Source: Eledone cirrhosa
Lineage: Eukaryota
NCBI GenBank assembly: GCA_964016885.1
Contig: OZ024749.1
Coordinates: 3,658,001 to 3,722,000, forward strand
Direction of reading: 5' to 3'
DNA length: 64,000 nucleotides
Shown here: positions 43,857-56,245 of the stretch, one piece after another
How positions within the stretch are numbered: position 1 is the first letter of the stretch
Layout of the letters: every line of letters begins with the position of its first letter
Notes under the pieces: generated by a model
The model's database searches: none
Seen by the model: only the letters and a program-made list of their open reading frames with translations
Told to the model about the DNA's origin: nothing
Made by a program: the position numbers and the translations under genes

Positions 43857-44101
43857 TAATTGCCTTATGTTGTTTGTTACATAATAATAATTAAGCTCTG
43901 TTGCCTACATAGAGCACTCTTTTTTCCTGGACTTTTCCGACGGAATTACTTCATTTATATATGTATATATACATAAAATAATAGACACACAATGTCATAT
44001 AAAGATATACAATGGGTCATACATGAAAGGATGCATCTTGTCATAAATATTTACATATTTAAAAAAATACATAAATACCCCCCCCCCCCCCCCGCCTCAC
44101 A

Positions 44102-44158
<57 letters not shown>

Positions 44159-44856
44159 TAAAGATATATAATATATATATACATATAACCCCACATAAAG
44201 ATACATAGTTGGCTATACATGAAAGGGTGCACCTTGTTATATGTGCCTACAGAGATGTTATTACATTGCGAACATGGATCAATCCACGTATAGAATCCTC
44301 ACGCAAAGCCACATAATGTGCGTTCATGTTATTATAGTAAATAGTATGCGCAGACCGTACACAGAAAAGGCGTGCAGAATATATATAAACAAGATGAACG
44401 TGTATGTATATAAGATAGTACACAAGAGAGTATGAGATACACACGTGCGTCTCTATTCTGAACATACATTAGCGGACTGGTACCTGTGGTCAGAATTATG
44501 TTGTCGTAGACAACCCGCGGCAAATCACAGGACGTGTGAAGTGGATGAAGTTTTTGACGGTACTGGCCCAGAGGGTCAGATACCCCAGTGAGAGAATATG
44601 CTCCGAAATCATTAGACTTTTCCTGAAACCTTCGGGTTCAGGATCAGACAGATTCACACAATGATCGCATCTCAAACTGTCCGCCGGCAAAACAATTGTA
44701 ACACACACACAATACAATACAATTGAGCTCTTATGTATCACTGATTTTTCGTTTTCTATTTTATCGTACTCTGTTCTGTAAGAGCATAGAGTGCTCAATC
44801 AACCTGCATACCGCCTATGGAAGCATCTTAGAAACCATCAGACACCCACACAACAG

Positions 44857-45004
<148 letters not shown>

Positions 45005-45358
45005 ATACGATATTAACAAATGGAAATTATATTTATAATACCATATTTATTTTATTATACATATTTCAACGTTACCGTGTTAAATTATGGTATGCCTTCA
45101 TCAGACAAAATACAATATATACCAGTTTTATAAATAAACATTGACGTACCCTTTCAAAATGCAACCGTTACTTTTTGATGTATTCCAAAAGTAACGGTTG
45201 CATTTTGAAACGGTACGTCCAATGTTTATTTATAAAACTGGTATATATTGTATTTTGTCTTATGAAGGCATACCATAATTTAACACGGTATCGTTGAAAT
45301 ATGTATAATAAAATAAATATGGTTTTATAAATATAGTTTCCATTTGTTAATATCGTAT
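45005..45358. repeat. ~350-bp inverted repeat with a hammerhead in each arm, embedded in (TA)n
   Basis: The arms flank a ~9-nt loop near 45180. Hammerhead at 45048-45112 (-) has core CTGATGA; the copy at 45251-45315 (+) is mutated to CTTATGA. Confidence 0.92.
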
Positions 45359-45399
<41 letters not shown>

Positions 45400-45401
<2 letters not shown>

Positions 45402-45562
45402 ACGAAGGAAATCTGGTAGGGAACCAGATGGACCATAACGCACCAAAGTACTCAAAACTTAGGGTAGTAGAGTGGGTAATAGGAACGAGTAGGGCGCCGA
45501 CAACTGAGCTCAAGCCGTTTCGACGGCTTGAGCTCATCCGTCGGGGCCCTACTCGTTCCTAT
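45400..45562 (-). mobile_element. Short GC-rich hairpin element with tail (family also at 55300-55440 and 56001-56165)
   Basis: Hairpin ataggaacgagtaggg...gccgt(ttcg)acggc...ccctactcgttcctat at 45479-45562. Shared tail cctattacccactctact...ttgagtactttggtgcgtta. Flanked by (TA)n. Confidence 0.75.
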
Positions 45563-46761
45563 ATATATATATATAGTCCATATAACAGCATGCACTTGAT
45601 ATACTTGAAAGTCTTGAAGGAAAATTATTAACCTTTGCTGTAAAATTATATAAATAAATAAATAAATATATAAATGCCTTGCACATTTTAAACACGAAAA
45701 CTCTTGTCCTCTTGAGAAAATAACTACATCTACATGTAGAAAATGCAAATAACTTGAAATGATATTTCTGAGTTGCAATATTTATATAAATAAAAAACGC
45801 ATTTCTGAAGATTTTAAGAAAAATTTAATGTAAATATTTAAAATATACTAATATATAATTTCATCTCCTCGAGGTGCGTCACAAGGCATTGACAAAACCA
45901 ATAGCGACATCGAATACATTTATCCTTGCAACACACAATATTATATGTTCTTAGCATATTACCTGATATATATTACCGTGTATTATTTAGTTATTTTATT
46001 ATGTGTACAAATATTTCATGTAAATACAATTTAATAGAAAATAAGGACAAAATAATACATTTAGAAAAAAGAATTGAATGTAAAATAAGAAAATATAAAA
46101 AAAGGAAAAGGGAAAGAAAGGCAAAGGTGCTATACTCACAGAAGAATTGTGAGGGATATGGGTAGGGTGAATGGGCGTGATGGTAATGGGGCTTTGCCCC
46201 GCAGACAAGACCATAATACCTTAGTGTGTTCTTATAATGCTTTTAGCTACTCTTGGGGTTAACTGATATTTTTCTCATTTCGGTTTTTGTTTCCATTCAA
46301 AATTGTGTATTGAACAAGATACCACGTGATGCCCTTCTGTTCTATTTATTAATTTTCTAATTCAGCTTACTATTGTGACAATTTACATAAGTAAAATATA
46401 TAAAATTAGAGAATAGTATATGCTTGCTTTTTATATCACAGATTTACTAGCTGATATCTTATAGTTCAGAGTTTAATAGGAAAAAAAACAAAGACAAAAA
46501 TTGAATTTACATAAAGAAAAAAAAATGGAATGTAAAATACAAAAGTAAAAAAACAACGGAAGTGGGAGGAAATGTCAAGGAATCTAGTGTCACAAAAAAT
46601 GGAGTTGTGTAAGGATGAGGTGATTAGACACTCGACAACCTGATGTCCCAAAACGACTGAGGTTCTGTTAGTGACCGATGCGAAGAGGAAGCAGCCGAGC
46701 ATGTTTCAGGTTAATAGCATCCAGAATCTAGTTGAGATTACTGAAGCTTACAAATATTCTA

Positions 46762-47283
46762 ATGTAAGTATCCCGTGGTCAGATAAGTATCCTGTGGTCA
46801 GATAAGTATCCCGTGGTCAGATAAGTGTTCTGTGGTTAGATAAGTATCCTGTGGTCAGACAAGTATTCTGTGGTTAGATAAGTATCCTGTGGTCAGACAA
46901 GTATTCTGTGGTCAGATAAGTATTCTGTGGTTAGATAAGTATTCTGTGGTTAGATAAGTATCCTGTGGTCAGATAAGTATCCTGTGGTCAGACAAGTATC
47001 CTGTGGTCAGACAAGTATTCTGTGGTCAGATAAGTATCTCGTGTCCAGATAAGTATTATGTGGTCAGATAAGTATTATGTGGTCAGATAAGTATTCTTTG
47101 GTCAGATAAGTATTCTCTGGTCAGATAAGTATTCTTTGGTCAGATAAGTATTCTCTGGTCAGATAAGTATTATGTGGTCAGATAAGTATTCTTTGATCAG
47201 ATAAGTATTCTCTGGTCAGATAAGTATTATGTGGTCAGATAAGTACCCTTTGGTCAGATAAGTATTCTGTTGTCAGATAAGTA
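46762..47283 (+). repeat. 19-bp minisatellite, ~27 copies, consensus AGATAAGTAT(C/T)CTGTGGTC
   Basis: Read directly; unit starts at 46781, 46800, 46819 and so on. Confidence 0.97.
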
Positions 47284-48466
47284 TAATTCCAGTTCGAGCA
47301 GTCATCTTTTGTTATGAAGGAATCGAAACGTTAGCAGTCATTTTTTCTCCAACATTATAAACGTATTTAAGTCTCTTTGGAGGGATAAGTTAACATATAA
47401 ATGTATTAGCGTAAAGACATACAAACCAAATAGAAATATAATAACCTATTCACATCATTTCTATCTTCCAAATATATTTCTCAGAATTCTACACTTGTTG
47501 GCCTTTTTATGTCTTGGATTTCGTTTCCGTTCATGTATGCATATTTTTAAACATGTATTATTAACACATGCCAATTGTTTGTTTGTTTGTCTGCTTATAT
47601 TACATCTTCGTTTCTTTTTCGTTGCTTTCATGAGAGTAAGCTGCAATTTCATTTGGAAAGCAAAGACATCTGTGACAAAAATGACATATACACATCATAG
47701 TATTAAACAATACAAAATAGCACATCAACAAACACAAACGATGTACGTTTTGTCTCCAAGCAAAAATAGTGAAACATTGCACATAAGTTGACATTTTTAC
47801 AATTTCCTATAACATTTACTACTGTTGTTATAACGCAATCATACATGTTCATGTTCTCAGAAGCAACTGAATATTTACATAAAATGTCTATCTGTCAAAA
47901 TGGAATAACTTTAAAATGTATCGCTTTTCCTAAACGAGATCTTGAATTCGGATTCTTAATGCACAGGAAATGAAAATATCTGACGTTCATAACTGCATTA
48001 AGAACATAAGAGATGTAAGAAGCGATGAAATGAAATATAGAAGCAATACTATTCTTACAGATTGGTGTTATTATTACTGTTGATGTTCTTGTTATTACAG
48101 GTCGTTGTGCTGGTAGTAGATGGTGGTGCTGTTGTTATCGAAATGTCGCCCTTGCAGTCACCCAAGCTGATTGGATTGAAATCACGGAATATTGGAAAAT
48201 GATAGTTTATGCGATATGGTTGTGTATGTCATACTATACATACGACTACAACATACTACATTCTGTACGTCATCGCTGGCGCTCAACAGAACGGATTTAG
48301 ATATACGGTTATCGCTTCGTTGTTGCTATAGCACGATTTGTGATGAAAGATTCGTATATCAATAATATATTGCTGAGGTTTATATGCACACCACCCAGGC
48401 CTACACACAGATGTACACGAATTCACAGACACACACACATACACAGACACACACACTCACACACAC

Positions 48467-48538
<72 letters not shown>

Positions 48539-50454
48539 TTGTGTGTGCGTGTGTGTGCGTGTGTATTATGTGTATTGTAAAATACAATAAATGTAACCTG
48601 AGTTTTTCGAATAGTAAAGTGTGTATGCCAATACAGGAGAACACATGACGAGGTCATTCTACTAACATGGTTTATAGAAGCTGTGGGCAAACGAAGCGAA
48701 TATTATAATTTATATTGGAAAAACTCAAAGCTAAGATTTTATATATATAATATATATGTGTGTGTATGTGTGTATGTGTGGATGTATATAATAATATCTA
48801 TATATATATATATACATGTGTGAGTAGGAATGCATTCATATATATGTGTATATACTAATGGAGAGAAATTGAAGTGTCAGCTCAATATATGTCATTGGTA
48901 GTCCCGTGTAACCCGTCATCGAGCTGTTCATTCGGAAGATGGAGACATATTCACTGTTGAGCATAGCGTGACTTAATTCCAGCATAAGGTATTATATATA
49001 GGGATTCGCCAAATATATTTTCTCATGGAACATATATAAAAGCTAATCGAAAGTTCACGAACATATAACATCATAATTTCGATATTTGCTACCACACTAC
49101 ATTTCGAAACTTTTAAAGTGAAACAGAATGTGTTTTAGAAAGTAAATATATTCATATATAAAACAATATATTGGTAATATGCTAATATAAGAGAGTACAT
49201 CTTAACTCGTGTACACGGACAATACTTCGTCGTATCGCAACTGTTTTTTTTTCTAGTTGAATGAACAAGTTCATTATAAAATGTAGCCTCTTGCTCAAGG
49301 ATACAAGGCACTGCTCGTTCTCTGAATTGAAATCACACTTTGCTTATCACACCAATCTCTTGACGTCTGTAGTAGTCGGGGAATCTCACTACAGAATGAC
49401 CAAACACTCAACATAGTCTATCAACGGTGGCAGTCGAAAAGTTTGGTGTCGTCATTTGCGTTCATTCTTTTCTGGTGTCGTCATTTGAGTCCAAACAATG
49501 TTTGCCTTGGCGTCCGCTCCTGTGTCCACCTTCAAAGCTGCTTTACAAGCCCCATAGTTAAATGCCCAAGCCACTCGCTGTCTGACATTATTGCCTTCCA
49601 GTTTTGAGAGGGTTTGTAAGACGATTGGTTGGATTAATTATTGAAATCAACAACTCTCCCAATAAATGTGTATAGCAGTCTCCATGGTGCAAATTTCAGT
49701 TGCTACACGAAGCAAATAACCTGCTCATGATATTAAATCGTAAATTGCTGAGATTTGTGTTAATGCTACAATGTATCCAATGGCCTTCCAAACAGTTTTC
49801 GACTGCTCAATTCAAATTATAGCTTTTCCTTTCTGTCAAGCCAGATGCTATGGTAAATATCATTTGGCCCAGACACCATGTAATAGTATGAAACCCGAAA
49901 TATAATGCTTTTGAAGCGAACACCATAACCATTCAGCCATGCCCTTTCTATAATCACCAAAGGTCGATATCTTACTTAGGCACAGATGACAAATGTTAGC
50001 GTTAGCGTTTGCCTGAATATCAATCCTCATTGGAATGGCCTTCGGCTTATATCAATAGAAATTATTCCATCAACATATAGTTGAGTGAATCAAGTTTGTC
50101 ATAACATAGATTAGATTCTATGTGTTAAAAGAGGATTACCTAACAAATATTTTAAAACTTCTGCATCTGTGGCGTAAAAAGATCGTCATGGTGTGTACAG
50201 GGTTCAGTGAGACTGTGATAGTGATAGTGACAAAAACATAGAGTGAAGATGTATGGGGGGAGAAAGTGATGATATGAGTGTGTGCGGACGGAAGTGATGG
50301 AATTTCTGGTAGTGATGGCTTCAACGCCTAGAGCTTCGTTTTTATTATTTTGTGCTTATGAAAAGTGACTAGTAAGAATGAGTTTGTCTGTGGGTGTGTA
50401 TATGTCCTGCAATGGCACAGATGGAGATACAAGTAGAAGAAAGAGAGAGAGAGA

Positions 50455-51222
50455 GAGAGCGAAGGGAATTGAGAGTGTGGGAGAGAGTGCGGGGGAGAGA
50501 GATAGTATGGAAGATAGGGCGAGTATGTGAGTGAGGGTGAAGGCAAGTGGGGTTGTGGGAGAGAGTGCGGGGAAGGGAGAGGGTATGGAAGATAGGGGGA
50601 GTATGTGAGTGAGGGCGAAGGAAAGTGTGGTTGTGGGAGAGACTGCGGTGTGAGAGAGGGTATGGAAGATAGGGGGAGTATGTGAGTGAGGGCGAAGGAA
50701 AGTGTGGTTGTGGGAGAGACTGCGGTGTGAGAGAGGGTATGGAAGATAGGGGGAGTATGAGAGTGAGGGCGAAGGAAAGTGGGGTTGTGGGAGAGACTGC
50801 GGTGTGAGAGAGGGTATGGAAGATAGGGGGAGTATGAGAGTGAGGGCGAAGGAAAGTGGGGTTGTGGGCGAGACTGCGGGGGAGAGAGCGGGTATGGAAG
50901 ATAGGGCGAGAATGTGAGTGAGGGCGAAGGAAAGTGAGGTTGTGGGAGAGAGTGCGGGGGAGAGAGAGGGTATGGAAGATAGGGGGAGTATGTGAGTGAG
51001 GGCGAAGGAAAGTGGGGTTGTGGGAGAGACTGCGGGGGAGAGAAGGTATGGAAGATAGGGGGAGTATGTGAGTGTGGGCGAAGGAAAGTGTGGTTATGGG
51101 AGAGAGAGGTTATGGAAGATAGGGCGAGTATGTGAGTGAGGGCGAAGGAAAGTGTGGTTGTGGGAGAGAGTGCGCGGGAGAGAGAGGGTATGGAAGATAA
51201 GGCGAGTATGTGAGTGCGAAGA
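50455..51222 (+). repeat. ~77-bp purine/G-rich minisatellite, ~10 copies
   Basis: gggtatggaagatagggggagtatgtgagtgagggcgaaggaaagtg recurs at 50581, 50658, 50735 and so on. Confidence 0.95.
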
Positions 51223-51561
51223 AAGGGAGGAGTTACTTAAATAATTGGTGGTTGATTCTAATTAAAGTGAAACATTTCTACGTTGTCAGCTAGTTAATTG
51301 AAAATAGCGTATGGAACGAATGTATGGTTGAATCAATTTTTATGAATCCGTTATCAGATAGATATTAAATAATATGTCCTGAGAAGTTATGTCCAACGAG
51401 AAAACAATATCAATTTACGATATCAACGTTCAATAAAAGTTATGGTTTTACAATATAACGAAATAATCTCTCCATTCTCATGATTATATTTTTGTTTGCA
51501 GTAGTAACGTTAGTTTTGGTATTATTGTTATTTAATGTAGTAGTATTCGTATGACTTGTAA

Positions 51562-51626
<65 letters not shown>

Positions 51627-51633
51627 TAGTAGC

Positions 51634-51689
<56 letters not shown>

Positions 51690-51937
51690 CAACAGTTGCA
51701 ATATTAGTAGTAGTAGTAGTAGTAGCTTATCTGTCTGGCATATGGTGATAAACTTCTTTATATATATATATTTTAAAAAATGAATATTATATTTATAAAA
51801 GTATGAATATATATATATATATTTATACACACACACACAAACACAAACGCAAACACACAAACACACACCCACAAACACACACACATAAACACACTCACGC
51901 ACACATTCACGTACACACACACATACACATACACACA

Positions 51938-52013
<76 letters not shown>

Positions 52014-52693
52014 GGAGGTGAGAAAGTATGGCTGAAAGACCGAGATTTTGAGAATGGACGTCGGTAAACACTCGTTAAGTATCGGTGTCTGGGTCTGTGT
52101 GAGTTTTGTGTCCATAGTGTTAATATATTTATGTATAATCCATAATTGCGCAATTAATGAATATCACATAAAAAAGGGGATTATCATTTAATATCCTTTA
52201 GGAGAAAAACGAGTCTGGACATACGATTAGTAGAATATTATGTGATGTATTTTATTTGGTGTTATCTGAATATGTTGTATGAATCAAAACAGGGGACAAC
52301 ATATATAGTTATAATTAATATAATTATGTATGTATACATAAATATATATATGTGGATATATATAGAAGTTCTATTTAAATTGATGTGATACAACCAGCGA
52401 ATATTTTTATAACTGATATAAAGCACTCAACAAATATTTGGAGTAAAAATACGATATTAACAAATGGAAACTATATTTATAAAACCATATTTATTTTATT
52501 ATACATATTTGAAGGACACCAAGTTAAATTATGGTGGGCTTTCATCAGATAAAATATAATATAAAGCAGTTTTGTAAATAAATATTGACATACCCTTAGA
52601 GAATGCGACCATTACTATCCGGGAGCTTCCAACAGTAATGATCGCATTACTTAAGGGTATGTCAATATTTATTTATAAAACTGCTCTATATTA

Positions 52694-52758
52694 TATTTTA
52701 TCTGATGAAAGCACACCATAATTTAACTTGGTTGGCTTGAAATATGTATAATGAAATA
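52694..52758 (+). ncRNA. Type I hammerhead ribozyme
   Basis: tattttat-CTGATGA-aagcacacca...tggttggctt-GAAA-TATGTA-TA^atgaaata. Predicted cut after 52750. Confidence 0.85.
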
Positions 52759-52804
52759 AATATGGTTTTATAAATATAGTTTCTATTTGTTAATATATAT
52801 GAAT

Positions 52805-52847
<43 letters not shown>

Positions 52848-52874
52848 ACTCACCCACCCACCCCGCACACACTG

Positions 52875-52952
<78 letters not shown>

Positions 52953-52998
52953 ATTCATATATATTAACAAATAGAAACTATATTTATAAAACCATATT

Positions 52999-53063
52999 TA
53001 TTTCATTATACATATTTCAAGCACACCAAGTTAAATTATGGTGTGCTTTCATCAGATAAAATA
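52999..53063 (-). ncRNA. Intact type I hammerhead ribozyme
   Basis: Reverse complement reads tattttat-CTGATGA-aagcacacca(taatttaact)tggtgtgctt-GAAA-TATGTA-TA^atgaaata, with a perfect 10-bp stem II. Confidence 0.88.
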
Positions 53064-53430
53064 TAATATAGAGCAGTTTTATAAATAAATATTGACATAC
53101 CCTTAAATAATGCGATCATTACTGTTGGAAGCTCCCGGATAGTAATGGTCGCATTCTCTAAGGGTATGTCAATATTTATTTACAAAACTGCTTTATATTA
53201 TATTTTATCTGATGAAAGCACACCATAATTTAACTTGGTGTCCTTCAAATATGTATAATAAAATAAATATGGTTTTATAAATATAGTTTCCATTTGTTAA
53301 TATCGTATTTTTACTCCAAATATTTGTTGGGTGCTTTATATAATTCATATATATATATATGAAATTGAATGACGTTGTCCTTGTGGATACATATGTAGAA
53401 ATGAGTAAAAATAACTTTATATATATAATA

Positions 53431-54017
53431 ATAATTGTTTCTACTTTTGGCACAAGGCCAGCAATTATCCAGTACATTACTGGTACTTTATTTTATCGAC
53501 CCCGTATGGATGAAAGGCAAAGTTATAATATAATAATAATTGTTTCTACGTTAGGCACAAAGCCAGCAATTACCCATTATTATTATTATATATAACTGCG
53601 GTGGATTTGCAGTATTGCTGGAGAGTCGGACACCATGCTTTGCAGCATAGAGTTACGTCCCTTTATGATCTGAGTTCAAATACCGCCAAGGTTAACTTTG
53701 CCTTTCATCCTTACGGGGTCGATAAAATAAAGTACCAGCAATGTACTGGATAATTGGTGGCCTTGTGCCAACAATAGAAACATTTATTATTATATATAAT
53801 AATAATTTCTAGTATAGGAACAAGGCCAGTGATTTAGGGGGAGGGGAAAGTCGATTAAATCGACCCCAGTACATTACTGGTGCTTTATGTTATCGACTCC
53901 GTAAGGATGAAAGGCAAAGTTAACCACGGCGGGATTTGAACTCAGACCGTAAAGAACCGTAACTCGATGCTACAAATCATGGCGTCCGTAGCTCTCTCAA
54001 TACTGCCAATCCACCAC
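53431..54017. mobile_element. SINE cluster in alternating orientation (-, +, -)
   Basis: 53431-53525 (-), 53597-53780 (+) and 53803-54017 (-). Confidence 0.85.
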
Positions 54018-54049
54018 CCACATATGTATATATATAGTAATAATAATAA

Positions 54050-54102
54050 ATGTTTCAGAAGATCCTGTTAAGGGTGAAAGCAGCAAGTCTTTGCTTAAAC
54101 AT
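54050..54102 (+). ncRNA. Variant hammerhead of the same family
   Basis: atgttt-CAGAAGA-tcctgttaagggt-GAAA-gcagcaagtctttgc-TT^aaacat. Confidence 0.6.
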
Positions 54103-54164
54103 CAATCTATTATTATAATATACACACGCCCACACATACACACACACAGAGACAGACACACACA

Positions 54165-54425
54165 CCAAGTGTCAGCTCAAACGTGACACAGAGGAGTCTG
54201 AGGTTAACTGGGTATGCTCACGGACATCCAGACTTGACACTGAACTCAGTGCTCCTGTGGGAGCCCCTGGATGGACACACTGGAAGAGGAAGACCAAGGT
54301 TAAGATATGTTGATGCCCTAAGGACAGACACGGGTCTGTTGGAGAAGCAGGACATGGCAGTGATAATGAGGGACAGAGACCGCTGGCGAGACCTCATCCA
54401 TGGATCTCGGGAATTTTCCTCGCCC

Positions 54426-54428
<3 letters not shown>
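54165..54428 (+). pseudogene. RTE-like LINE 3' fragment
   Basis: QRSLRLTGYAHGHPDL...LLWEPLDGHTGRGRPRLRYVDALRTDTG...RDRDRWR, ending at (TA)n. Confidence 0.85.
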
Positions 54429-54475
<47 letters not shown>

Positions 54476-55442
54476 TATCGATCAGAAATATGGATCAGAA
54501 TTGTCTATAGGATAGATCACAATAGAGAAGCTTAAAATAAAGGAACCCAACAAGACGTGTATCATGCCAGTGACAAAATGCATTGTTACACAAACTAAAT
54601 AAGGTTTAAAGAATATGTTACCTGCAACTGCAGTTTCACAGATGAAAACCACACAAATCATCTATCTCAATTTTGTAAGAAACCTCGTCGGATATTGGAA
54701 GAGGGATTTCTGCTCTCAAAATTAAGAGAGAGACACATATTTTTTTTATCTTCACTTTTTCTCATCTATTCTCTCTCCATACATCTCTTATTTCTTATCT
54801 CATTCTTTAGACTCTCTTTCGTTCATTCTTTCCCTCTCTACCTTCCTCCGGTTATATATATCTGGTTATATTTTAATCAGTCATTTTGTTTCGCATATTG
54901 TAATTAGCTATTCGTAACTAACCTACTTGTTGGGGTTCCTATAATTTTAGGGATATTCATACACACTCCTCACTTCAATTATTGTCTACCCGCCTCCATA
55001 TATATATATAGTAATAATAATAAACGTGAAGACGAAAATCCGGGGAGGGCTCGACAAGGATAATATACATATATAATTATATATAACCATAGAGCAAATA
55101 TTTATTAAAATAACAGTTTAAATTTTAAGCAAATAATCACAGCACCCACCGTTATGGGTGAAAGCACCGATTCTTTCCTTAAACTTTAATCTATTATTAT
55201 AATATATATATATATATATATATATCCCATATACGTCAATGCTCATCTTTTTCCATTTTTCCGAGGGTTCTAAACCACATTATCAGGCTAAAATTCCTTT
55301 AGATCGGATCTAGATGTCGAAACGGCCCGAGCTGAGCCGTCGAGATCCTGACTCTTTTCCTATTACCCACTCTACTTACCCTAAATATTGAGTACTCTGA
55401 TGCGTTACGGTCTAGCTGGTACCTTACCTCACCCTCTTTGTA

Positions 55443-55510
<68 letters not shown>

Positions 55511-55512
55511 TA

Positions 55513-55556
<44 letters not shown>

Positions 55557-55558
55557 TA

Positions 55559-55652
<94 letters not shown>

Positions 55653-55953
55653 GGAATGAAAAATGGCGTGCTTCGTTGTTGCGAATGTGATACATATGAA
55701 TTAAAAAATACAGCTAGAAGCCAGGACTATCCATCATCAGTGATATTCTGGCCCCCATAGTTACTTCTTGGCATTAAAGATCAGATACCTCAGACCACCG
55801 CGAACAATAATTAAAATAAGTTCTTGGGATAAAAAGAATTGGATGGAGAAAGACAGATATGTAGACAAACAAAAATGGTGAGGCAACGTAAAGAGAGGAC
55901 AATTGCTTGTTTACATGTCTCTCTTTCCCACCCAATTCTTTTTATCCCAATAA

Positions 55954-56005
<52 letters not shown>

Positions 56006-56245
56006 AACAAGTGTGACCCCGACTATTCCAGAATTAGCCGTCGAAACGGCTTGAGCTCTGCCGTCAGGGTCACACTTGTTCCTATTACCCACTCTACTAT
56101 CCTAAGCATTGAGCACTTTGGTGCGTTATAGTCCATCTGTTTCCTTACCACATTTCCTTCATTATATCTATATATATATATATATATATATATAATGGCC
56201 AGAAGATCACTGATGATGGAGAGTCCTGGCTTCTAGCTCTATTTT

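Larger units (their letters stand above)
40521..43955 (-). mobile_element. Penelope-like retroelement (Naiad-type), 5'-truncated, with inverted 5' pseudo-LTR and tandem 3' pLTR copies
   Basis: RT and GIY-YIG remnants at 42037-43712. Segment 43716-43887 is the reverse complement of 40521-40692, and a further partial pLTR copy lies at ~41635-41732. Hammerhead cores occur in all three copies. The left end abuts a (TA)n tract. Confidence 0.9.
52416..53341. repeat. Nested palindrome: a ~395-bp hairpin unit duplicated in inverted orientation
   Basis: 52416-52810 is the reverse complement of 52947-53341, and each unit is itself an inverted repeat (loops near 52625 and 53132). The central spacer is (TA)n plus a short C/A-rich stretch. 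Confidence 0.93.

Noticed and set aside
46762-47283. Possible CRISPR array
   Set aside because: Units are contiguous with no unique spacers, the context is eukaryotic and there are no cas genes.
49420-49720. Possible old LINE C-terminal fragment on the minus strand (EWLGHL)
   Set aside because: Too degenerate to support beyond one short motif.
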